Shown here: piece after piece, positions 25,334-32,000 of the stretch
How the letters are laid out: each line of letters starts with the position of its first letter
Position numbering within the stretch: the stretch's first letter is position 1
Sequence record: MT553340.1
DNA from: Microbacterium phage Glamour
Strand: one strand, 5' to 3'
DNA length: 32,000 bases
Position numbers and translations under genes: made by a program
The notes under the pieces: generated by a model
Seen by the model: only the letters and a program-made list of their open reading frames with translations
What the model was told of the DNA's origin: nothing
The model's database searches: none

Positions 25334-27199
25334 TCAGAACTCAGCAAGGGGTTCTCCTCCCCAACACCGGGAGATTGTGACATCTGCCTTGAGGAAGAAT
25401 TTACGCGAGAGACCATCATCAGCCCTTTCCATTGTCTCCTTGACGATACGGCCTACTCGACGTGCCGTCTTATACGGGGCCGTAAGACAGACGGAGTCGT
25501 GAACCGTGGTTATAAGTTTAGCCCCAAGCTCGGGTAGCCGCAAGTCTCTGGCCAGCCTACCTAGCGAGAGTAGCATGAAGTCACTTCCGGTTGACTGCAC
25601 TGGAGCGTTGACCGCTTGCCTGAAGGCGTTCTCCTGGACCCAGTAGTCCGAGTGGTACACTCGGGGCAAGTGGCGGAACCTTCCAAACTCATTGTGGACT
25701 CCACCGTACTCCATCGCTTCCTTGCGCTGTTTGCGATACCACTCGGGGAGAGCGGCGAAGTTGGTGAAGTACTCCTCGCGGAAGGCCAGCGCTTCCTTGG
25801 CTGTGACGGTCACACCGTAGTTGCTCTGGACGTAGTCGCCGAAGTGAGTCTCCCTCATGCCGTAGATGAAGCCGAAGTTGACTCCCTTGGCAAGCGACCG
25901 GTGCTCCTTGGTGATCTCACCGTCCTTGACGAGACGCCGAGCCATGTAGGTGTGAATGTCCTCACCGGCCTCGAACAGCCCGAGCATGGTCGGGTCTCCC
26001 GAGAGCACAGCCGCGATGCGAAGCTCCAGCTGGCTGAAGTCCACCTCGATCCAGGCCTGACCGCGCTCGCCGAAGAGGTTACGTGTGGCCCTGTCGCGTG
26101 GAATCTGCTGGCTGTTGAGACCAGGGTTGTCCTCACCGGGGGACCGACTGCTGAGGCGTCCGGTGACCGTACCCGTGAGGCTGAAGCTCGTGCTGATACG
26201 ACCGTCCACCGTCCGCTCCTCAATCGGAGTCAGGAACCCGGTGAGTTGCTTGTACAGGGTCGAGCGCTTCGAGAGGAGCCGAGCCGCCGGATGGTCGATC
26301 TTGCTGAGGTCTTCCTGGCTGAGGCCGGGGTTACCCTCAGGCCACGTCTTGGTCGGCTTGGTACGCCGAGGGCACATAGCACCCTGATATTCGTACAGCC
26401 ACCACTTAGTCCAGTTAGTTGCTCCCCACTTGGGCTTCGTCTTCTGAAGCCACTCGGGCCAGCGCTCCTTCGGCGGGATGCTCTTGTCGAGTTGCTGTTC
26501 GATCTCGGCGATCTCGGCCTCAACACGGTCGCGGGTCTTGCGGACCATGCCAGCCCTCACGGGGAGCCTGTTGTCCTCCATCTGAGTGAGCGGGAGCACG
26601 GCCGGAAGCATGATGTCGCGCATGACGCGCACCGGGTCTTCGTTCGGCTTGAGGTTCTTCCTGATGTGGCGTCGCTGTTCGCGCAGAAGCTCACGAGTGT
26701 AGTGAACGTCCTTGCCGTTGTAGATGCTGACGCGCTCCTTGCTCTTGGCCAGCACACGCTTCGGGATGCTCGGGTCATCCTCGTAGCGGCCAAACTCGTC
26801 GGCGTACCCGGCCACATTGTCGTCAGCCCAGTCCTCGTACCCGAGCTTGCGCACCACCACGTCCTTCAGGCCGATGGGATGGTTCTCGTCCAGGAGGTGG
26901 GCCATGAACATGGTGTCCCACGTGGTGCGTACTCGGGCACCGTAGCTCTTGAGCCAGCGCTCCTCGAACGGGCTGTTGTGGGCGACCATGCTCCTGATCC
27001 GGAGCTTGCCGATCTCCCTGAGGTCCTGAGGCCACCACACGAGCGCGTCTTCGCGATCGTACGGGGCGAACCCAACGCACAGGATGCGACCCTTGCCCAC
27101 GGTCAGAGACGTGGTCTCGATGTCCGTGATGATAGGTGCCTTGGACTGTGCCAAGTACTCCTGGACTTCTGCCAGGCTCTCACTGATGGTGAGTTGCAT
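25334..27199 (-). CDS. polA: Family A DNA polymerase (with N-terminal 3'-5' exonuclease-like domain)
   Basis: 621 aa. PIITDIETTSLTVGKGRIL exonuclease motif; RDRATRNLFGERGQAWIEVDFSQLELRIAAVLSGD motif A; RRLVKDGEITKEHRSLAKGVNFGFIYG motif B; TTVHDSVCL motif C. Confidence 0.97.
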   Translation of the reverse strand: MQLTISESLAEVQEYLAQSKAPIITDIETTSLTVGKGRILCVGFAPYDREDALVWWPQDLREIGKLRIRSMVAHNSPFEERWLKSYGARVRTTWDTMFMAHLLDENHPIGLKDVVVRKLGYEDWADDNVAGYADEFGRYEDDPSIPKRVLAKSKERVSIYNGKDVHYTRELLREQRRHIRKNLKPNEDPVRVMRDIMLPAVLPLTQMEDNRLPVRAGMVRKTRDRVEAEIAEIEQQLDKSIPPKERWPEWLQKTKPKWGATNWTKWWLYEYQGAMCPRRTKPTKTWPEGNPGLSQEDLSKIDHPAARLLSKRSTLYKQLTGFLTPIEERTVDGRISTSFSLTGTVTGRLSSRSPGEDNPGLNSQQIPRDRATRNLFGERGQAWIEVDFSQLELRIAAVLSGDPTMLGLFEAGEDIHTYMARRLVKDGEITKEHRSLAKGVNFGFIYGMRETHFGDYVQSNYGVTVTAKEALAFREEYFTNFAALPEWYRKQRKEAMEYGGVHNEFGRFRHLPRVYHSDYWVQENAFRQAVNAPVQSTGSDFMLLSLGRLARDLRLPELGAKLITTVHDSVCLTAPYKTARRVGRIVKETMERADDGLSRKFFLKADVTISRCWGGEPLAEF

Positions 27200-27206
27200 G
27201 ATGGTG

Positions 27207-27228
27207 GACTCCTAAGCTGAGAGGAGTC
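27207..27228 (-). promoter_or_regulatory. Hairpin sequestering the polA Shine-Dalgarno
   Basis: On the minus strand GACTCCT-CTCAGCTT-AGGAGTC then CCACCATCATG. The AGGAG SD lies in the 3' arm of a perfect 7-bp stem. Confidence 0.45.
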
Positions 27229-27307
27229 GTTCAACGGAGACCAATCCGCTCGGTGGAAGCCTGACCTTCACTACCCAAGATGTCGGGAGCCTTCTCAGGC
27301 TCCCTCG

Positions 27308-27375
27308 GGGAACGGGCAGGACTCGAACCTGCAACCCGGAATCAAACCTAGCTCTGCCGTTGAGCTTACCGTTCC
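27308..27375 (-). tRNA. tRNA-like element, possibly degenerate; anticodon not confidently assignable
   Basis: Acceptor GGAACGG/CCGTTCC, D-arm TAAGCTCAACGGCAGAGC, T-arm GCAGG-TTCGAGT-CCTGC. The anticodon region is about 5 nt shorter than standard and pairs poorly; a 7-nt TTTGATT loop would give UGA. Confidence 0.55.
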
Positions 27376-27402
27376 ATTCGGCTCCCCCGGTGAGAGGAGC
27401 CA

Positions 27403-27422
27403 GGTCACCCGCTGAGGTGACC
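27403..27422. promoter_or_regulatory. Perfect 7-bp stem hairpin in the polA leader
   Basis: GGTCACC (27403-27409), loop CGCTGA, GGTGACC (27416-27422). Confidence 0.4.
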
Positions 27423-27571
27423 CTCGGTGTTCAATTAGAGTCCCTGTCTACCTCTGGCAGAATCTTGGATAGTTCTAGGACTTGGTGATCTGTATCTTAT
27501 TGCTCGCCCAGATCTCGCGAGGTTCTGTCGCCCTGATGTTTAACCTGCCGACGACCAGCAGGGGTTAGGTG

Positions 27572-27607
27572 ACCCCCGGTGCCGAGGGGAAGGAGCACCG
27601 GGGGTCG
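27572..27607 (-). terminator. Terminator-like hairpin downstream of the H1-like gene
   Basis: Perfect 12-bp stem GACCCCCGGTGC/GCACCGGGGGTC with 12-nt loop, 7 nt beyond the stop of the 27615-28010 gene. No U-tract. Confidence 0.65.
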
Positions 27608-27614
27608 TTGGGGG

Positions 27615-28010
27615 TTAGCGCGTGGGACGCTTGCGAGGAGCGGCCTTCGCGGCGGTCTTGGCCGGAGCGGCCTTCGCCGGAGCCTTCTTCGCGGGAGCCT
27701 TCTTCGCCGGAGCGGCCTTGACCTCGACCTCACGCTCGGGCTTCTCGATCTCCCAGCCAGTCGGAAGCTCGTCGACGTTCGCGATGGCCTCGTCGACCAG
27801 AGCGTCGAACGTGCCGTCCTCGATGGCGTTGACGAAGGCCTGCCACGCGATCGCACGCATCGCCTTGTAGCGGTTCTTCTGGACGTCGATGCCGTGGGCC
27901 TCGATGACTCGGGCGATGCCCTCGTTGACGATCTGCTTGTTCGTCGGCTCGGCGACCTCGGTCTCCTCGACGGTCTCTTCCAGGACTGCAGCCTTGGTGG
28001 AACGTGCCAT
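27615..28010 (-). CDS. Histone H1-like protein with Ala/Lys/Pro-rich C-terminal tail
   Basis: 131 aa. Globular N-terminal part (NKQIVNEGIARVIEAHGIDVQKNRYKAMRAIAWQAFVNAIEDGTFDALVDEAIANVDELPTGW) then KAAPAKKAPAKKAPAKAAPAKTAAKAAPRKRPTR. Confidence 0.8.
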   Translation of the reverse strand: MARSTKAAVLEETVEETEVAEPTNKQIVNEGIARVIEAHGIDVQKNRYKAMRAIAWQAFVNAIEDGTFDALVDEAIANVDELPTGWEIEKPEREVEVKAAPAKKAPAKKAPAKAAPAKTAAKAAPRKRPTR

Positions 28011-28154
28011 GATGTTGTCTCCTTGATTCGGTACTGCTGTGGATTGTGGGTTGGAGCCTCTCGGCCCCGGTAGCTACAAGCTTGCCTGACCAGACAAGCG
28101 AGCGCAAGCCCAAACCCAACATTTCTTGAGAATAGATTCTGAGGCCTAGCGGCA

Positions 28155-29567
28155 CTAGATCTTGCGGCGGCGATTGATTCTCTGCACAACCTTGTGGAGG
28201 TGGTCGTGGTCCTCCTGGAGGGTCGTCCACACGTCCTCATCCACGGTGCCTCGGCCACACAAGAACCACACTGTCGGGCTGGCAGGGCTGAGCTTGATGC
28301 GGTCTGAGGTCTGCTTGAACGTAACGTAGTTGAAGTCCGAGGTGTACCAGATGAGGTCCTGGGCCACCGAGATGTCCACGGCCATAGCCACGGTCCTCGG
28401 CTGGACAAGGAGCACCCGAGCGTCTGGGTCTCGCTGGAAGGCTTCGATAACGTGGTTCTTCTCAGGTGTGGCCCCGGTGATCACCAGGTGACCGATGCCC
28501 TTGCGCCTCAGGTAGCGCTCGACCAAGCGCACTTCCCACAGGTGAGTGCAAGCCACGATGGTCTTACCCTTGCACCTCCTCAGCACCGAGCCGAGGGCAC
28601 CGAGCCGAGCACGCGCGGCCTCGGGCACGGTAAACGACCGGCCCTCATCGTCCTTGAGCCAACCTCCGACCAGGGTTCGCATCCTGAGGAGCCGGGTCAG
28701 AGGGTTGAGGCCGATCACAGCCGTGTCGTCGTCGGTAGCTCGCTTGGGGTCGCTGAGCCACTTCCGTCCACGGTAGTAGACGACTCCCTTCTTGAGCATG
28801 GCTCGGTGAGCGCCCATCACGCTCTCGGGCACCGGGTAGCGCACTCGGCGGACAGGCACCGGGTCTCCAGGGCCAACCATCGTGATGACGTTCGGCTGGA
28901 TGTATCGGTTCAGCTCGTACTGCCTGATGGGTCGCACAAGCTCGGGGAAGCCCTTGACCGTGCTCCACTCCCCGAAGTGCTCTCGGAAGTCCCTGGCAGA
29001 GGGCCAATGATCCCGGATGGCCGGGTCTAGGAACGTCCACTGACCGTACACTGCATCGATCTGGCTCGGGTTAGTGACAGGTGTGCCGGTCATGAGGAGC
29101 CGGTACTTCCACTTGGATGCCAGCGGCCTGATGTTGCGCCCGAACACCGAGCTAGGGGTCTTGATGATGTGGCTCTCGTCCAGGAGCATCATGCCTTGGC
29201 CGGTGCACAGCTTGGACATCTTGTCGAGGAAGGGCTTCAGCCGCTTCCAGGGAGCCTTGCCGAACTGATCGTAGTTCACGAAGAGGAGCGTCGTGCCTCG
29301 GAACATAGCCTCGGTGGGGTACGTGTTGCCAGCCGTCAGCGGGAAGAACCTGTAGGTGATGCCGAGCCACTTAGCCGCTTCGGTCTTCCAGGTCGCCTCA
29401 GCGATCTTGGGGCCGACGATAACGGCTACCCTCGGCTTGTGGTGCTCGATCCACTTGAGAGCGACTGCAGTCTTGCCCGAGCGCGGCTCAGCCCACAACG
29501 CGGCGAAGGTGCGACCTGGCTCGGTCAGCACCTTCAACGCTACTCGCTGGGAGTCTCTTAGCTTCAT
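28155..29567 (-). CDS. SNF2-type superfamily 2 helicase/ATPase
   Basis: 470 aa. AEPRSGKTAVAL (Walker A), MMLLDESHIIKTPSS (motif II), YRLLMTGTPVTNP (motif III), TSDRIKLSPASPTVWFLCGRGTVDEDVW (C-terminal helicase motifs). Confidence 0.9.
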   Translation of the reverse strand: MKLRDSQRVALKVLTEPGRTFAALWAEPRSGKTAVALKWIEHHKPRVAVIVGPKIAEATWKTEAAKWLGITYRFFPLTAGNTYPTEAMFRGTTLLFVNYDQFGKAPWKRLKPFLDKMSKLCTGQGMMLLDESHIIKTPSSVFGRNIRPLASKWKYRLLMTGTPVTNPSQIDAVYGQWTFLDPAIRDHWPSARDFREHFGEWSTVKGFPELVRPIRQYELNRYIQPNVITMVGPGDPVPVRRVRYPVPESVMGAHRAMLKKGVVYYRGRKWLSDPKRATDDDTAVIGLNPLTRLLRMRTLVGGWLKDDEGRSFTVPEAARARLGALGSVLRRCKGKTIVACTHLWEVRLVERYLRRKGIGHLVITGATPEKNHVIEAFQRDPDARVLLVQPRTVAMAVDISVAQDLIWYTSDFNYVTFKQTSDRIKLSPASPTVWFLCGRGTVDEDVWTTLQEDHDHLHKVVQRINRRRKI

Positions 29568-29710
29568 CAGACACGGCCTGTCGCGTGCCAGATGTACACT
29601 GTTCGGATATCCACTTGGTATATACGCGACAGCGCCTCCATGTAGCGCCTGTTGGCCTGGATGGCGATGCGCTCCAGCACGAGTTCGAACGCTCGGTCGA
29701 TGTCCATCAT
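29567..29710 (-). CDS. Small protein, 47 aa (MMDIDRAFELVLERIAIQANRRYMEALSRIYQVDIRTVYIWHATGRV)
   Basis: ATG at 29710 with SD AAGGAGA. TGATG coupling to the helicase. Below the ORF-track size cutoff. Confidence 0.7.
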   Translation of the reverse strand: MMDIDRAFELVLERIAIQANRRYMEALSRIYQVDIRTVYIWHATGRV

Positions 29711-29985
29711 CTCTCCTTGAGAACGGCTACCACTCGGAAGAGCACTCGGTAGCCGGGTAGGTCTTCGGTCTGCTGAAACTCGAAGTCCCAGTAGAAGCCA
29801 GGTAGGGGTTCGGGGAGCAACCGGATCAAGCGCTCCTGCTCGGCGTTCAGCTTCTCAGTGAGCCGGTAGATCGCCTCGTTCGTGTGGCCCATCTGAGCGA
29901 GCAAGTCCTCGCTGTTGACCGGGATGGTCTCAGAGGCCTTACGGTGAGGGTAGGCCACTCGCGGAATCCGGTGCTCCCCGAACAT
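29707..29985 (-). CDS. Hypothetical protein, 92 aa
   Basis: Internal ATG at 29985 (TGACATG junction with the upstream gene): MFGEHRIPRVAYPHRKASETIPVNSEDLLAQMGHTNEAIYRLTEKL... Confidence 0.65.
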   Translation of the reverse strand: MFGEHRIPRVAYPHRKASETIPVNSEDLLAQMGHTNEAIYRLTEKLNAEQERLIRLLPEPLPGFYWDFEFQQTEDLPGYRVLFRVVAVLKER

Positions 29986-29986
29986 G

Positions 29987-30430
29987 TCAGTTCCCGGTGC
30001 TCGGCGCGGCGATGTCCTGGTGGGCCACACCATGAGCGAGGAGCGCCTTCAGGTTGGGCCGGAAGTAGTTCGGACCCTTCTTGACTCGGCCCTCGAAGAT
30101 GCCGTCGGGGTCGTTGGGGCCAGCGATGATGGGCTGGCCGTCCTCCCCGAACTTGCTCATGTTGGACCGGTGCACCTCGTCGAACAGCACCTCGGCATCG
30201 ATGCCCATGACCACGAGACCACCGAACGCCACGTACAGAATGTCGATGAGGGCATCAGCCTGTTCGACCATGTCGTCCTGCTCCAGTGCCTCCAGGAACT
30301 CCTCCAGCTCCTCTCGGATCAGCTCGTAGCGGACGGCCTTCTGCTCCTCGGGCATGACTTGGGCCGTGTGGCCCACGGGGAGAGCCATCGCGCGCTGGAA
30401 CTCCAACACCTGGGACTGCATCTTGTTCAT
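29987..30430 (-). CDS. MazG-like / PRA-PH-like nucleotide pyrophosphohydrolase
   Basis: 147 aa. ELIREELEEFLEALEQDDMVEQADALIDILYVAFGGLVVMGID shows the EExxE...ExxD all-alpha NTP-PPase arrangement. Confidence 0.85.
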   Translation of the reverse strand: MNKMQSQVLEFQRAMALPVGHTAQVMPEEQKAVRYELIREELEEFLEALEQDDMVEQADALIDILYVAFGGLVVMGIDAEVLFDEVHRSNMSKFGEDGQPIIAGPNDPDGIFEGRVKKGPNYFRPNLKALLAHGVAHQDIAAPSTGN

Positions 30431-31206
30431 CGGTTCTTCTTCCTGTCTTCTCGTACGAGAGTCTGTTCCTTCTCGAAGATGGCCGTGAGCCGGTCCACCT
30501 CGTCCCAGCTGATCAGCTGGGGGTCTTCTGAGTCCTCCACTGCGAAGGGCGACATGATCACCTGGATCGCCTCGGCGAACCCCCGTGCCTCTGCCTCTAG
30601 CTCGGTGCGCTGTGCTCCCTTGCGGGTGCCCTCAGCCGTAGCGGCCAACTCATTGTAGCTGTTGTACAGCTTGCGCACAATCTGAGCGCCTACCGTGTCT
30701 CCAGCCTTCAGCACCGAGTTGAACCGGACGCGCTTGTCGGCGATGTGCTGGAACGCGCTCGTGGTGAGGTAGCGCGCGATGTCCTCACTGGTCTCGTGGC
30801 CAGCGTCCAGCGCGGCCTCAATAGCGTCTGCGATCACGTCGATGGTAGTGGTCTTGCCCATTCGCATCTTCTCGCGATCATCGATCACGGCGAACAGGAT
30901 GCCCCTCCCGCTGAAGGCCTTCTGTTCGAGGTGGCACTCGCAGTCACAGTGATTACCTGTGCATGCCGCGTGCGACCCCGGTGACTCGTGCTGGCAGAAG
31001 CCAGACTTGGTCATGCGTCCCATGTTGCTCTCCTTGTAACGCTGGATGGTCAGCCCTTCATCCCAGTAGCGGTCTAGCTCGGCTGAGGCCTCTGCTCGGG
31101 TAGCTCGGGGGTAGGGCTTCTGGCCCCGAGCCGAGAGAACCCCCACCTTGAACAGGTGGTCAAGATGGGGGTGACTCGTGGCCTTAGCCGAGGTGCTGGT
31201 CGGCAT
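30427..31206 (-). CDS. Hypothetical protein with Cys/His cluster
   Basis: GFCQHESPGSHAACTGNHCDCECHLEQKAFSG cluster then an alpha-helical region. ATG at 31023 with SD AAGGAGA is an alternative start. Confidence 0.65.
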   Translation of the reverse strand: MPTSTSAKATSHPHLDHLFKVGVLSARGQKPYPRATRAEASAELDRYWDEGLTIQRYKESNMGRMTKSGFCQHESPGSHAACTGNHCDCECHLEQKAFSGRGILFAVIDDREKMRMGKTTTIDVIADAIEAALDAGHETSEDIARYLTTSAFQHIADKRVRFNSVLKAGDTVGAQIVRKLYNSYNELAATAEGTRKGAQRTELEAEARGFAEAIQVIMSPFAVEDSEDPQLISWDEVDRLTAIFEKEQTLVREDRKKNR

Positions 31207-31762
31207 AGCGGAGCAGGTCCAGCAGGGACTCGTCGTCGTGCACGAGCTTCTCGTACTGAGTGCCCCACGGGAAGCCCGGTGCGCTGAAGTGGGCCAGACT
31301 CTGGCTGAACTCCCCGGTCTCCTGATTGTGAGCCACCTGCATCACCGAGATGGACTTGAAGAGGTTCCAGTCCTGCTCGTGGTTGATCTGAGCGAGCATG
31401 CCACTGATGTAGAAGTAGGCCGCATTGGTGCGGACCAGGGCACCCTGATTGTACAGCTCATCCGTGATGAGGCTGGCCTCAGTGTGGAACTTGAACACCA
31501 GGTGAGTGTCCGGCATGGCGAAGACCGTACGCACTCGATCGTCGTTCCACTCGTGGTCGGGCATGCTGAGCCGGTAGGCCATGTGCGTCAGCCAGTCGAT
31601 CCGGTCGTACGTGATGGGGATCTCGGGAGCCTCCAGGTGATCCTTCTGCATCAGCGCGTGGACGTCCTTACGCGCGTTGTAGATGGCTGTGCCACTCCCT
31701 GCCAGGTTGGCCGCGCTCGTGCTCTTGCCGGTCTTGTCCGGCCCTTCGAATGCAATGAACAT
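31184..31762 (-). CDS. Thymidylate / deoxynucleoside monophosphate kinase-like
   Basis: 192 aa. MFIAFEGPDKTGKSTSAANLAG P-loop, ITYDRIDWLTHMAYRLSM. Confidence 0.8.
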   Translation of the reverse strand: MFIAFEGPDKTGKSTSAANLAGSGTAIYNARKDVHALMQKDHLEAPEIPITYDRIDWLTHMAYRLSMPDHEWNDDRVRTVFAMPDTHLVFKFHTEASLITDELYNQGALVRTNAAYFYISGMLAQINHEQDWNLFKSISVMQVAHNQETGEFSQSLAHFSAPGFPWGTQYEKLVHDDESLLDLLRYADQHLG

Positions 31763-32000
31763 TAGATGATCTCCTTGACTTGCTTGATGAGTTCCGGCAT
31801 GCTGATGATGTCCGGGCCGGTCCCGGTGTCCTTGTAGTACCTGTTCCAGTTTACCCCGATACGCATGACTCCACCAAGTTTGTTCCTGACGGAGACCCTG
31901 AGGTACTGGTGCACGTCGGGGTAGAAGCCCTCGGTGTACTCCAGGTGTGGCCGACCCACCTCGTCCAGAGGGTCGAGCGGGATCGTGGTCTCGATGGAGC
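31762..32000 (-). CDS. Hypothetical protein, 5' end probably beyond the window
   Basis: The frame stays open to the window edge and reads ...SIETTIPLDPLDEVGRPHLEYTEGFYPDVHQYLRVSVRNKLGGVMRIGVNW... upstream of the nominal GTG at 31959. Confidence 0.5.
   Translation of the reverse strand, partial: SIETTIPLDPLDEVGRPHLEYTEGFYPDVHQYLRVSVRNKLGGVMRIGVNWNRYYKDTGTGPDIISMPELIKQVKEII

Noticed and set aside
24407-27220. Long plus-strand ORFs (24407..25297 and 25616..27220) opposite the Cas4-like and polymerase genes
   Set aside because: Both lie antisense to genes with well-defined catalytic motifs and show shadow-ORF composition.
27490-27530. 8-bp palindrome CTCGCGAG as a possible operator upstream of polA
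   Set aside because: Flanking bases break the symmetry, and such short palindromes are common in high-GC DNA.
1-32000. CRISPR array, transposon, integrase, attachment site or toxin-antitoxin module
   Set aside because: None was found by reading. There are no regularly spaced identical repeats, no transposase or recombinase motifs, and the tRNA-like element alone is not evidence of an att site.

Overview
This 32 kb window comes from a high-GC, tailed double-stranded DNA phage (siphovirus layout) with an actinobacterial-type gene set. It splits into two convergent blocks. The plus-strand late block (1-18833) holds the terminase large subunit C-terminus, a portal, a MuF-like head protein, a scaffold-like protein, an HK97-type capsid, head-tail connectors, tail tube, tail assembly chaperones with a probable -1 frameshift, a tape measure protein, Dit, tail hub and appendage proteins, a GH18-like tail protein, a modular endolysin and holin-like membrane proteins. 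A strong hairpin at 18847-18879 separates it from the minus-strand replication and metabolism block (18892-32000). That block holds small ORFs, a primase-helicase fusion, a VRR-NUC nuclease, an SSB-like acidic-tail protein, a Sak4-like ATPase, a Cas4/RecB-like nuclease, family A DNA polymerase, an H1-like Lys/Ala/Pro protein, an SNF2-type helicase, a MazG-like protein and a dNMP kinase. Several genes missing from the supplied ORF track can be read directly (1795-1902, 18892-19068, 20348-20509, 29567-29710). I see no convincing defence system, CRISPR array, transposon or integrase. The best candidates for something new are: a GH18-like fold apparently interrupted by about 300 residues; a shortened tRNA-like element plus an SD-sequestering hairpin in the DNA polymerase leader; a non-canonical chaperone frameshift followed by a 10-bp inverted repeat; seven exact 44-residue repeats in the tape measure protein; and an operator-like palindrome inside a predicted promoter spacer. 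Family calls rest on motif recognition and gene order, since no database search could be run.
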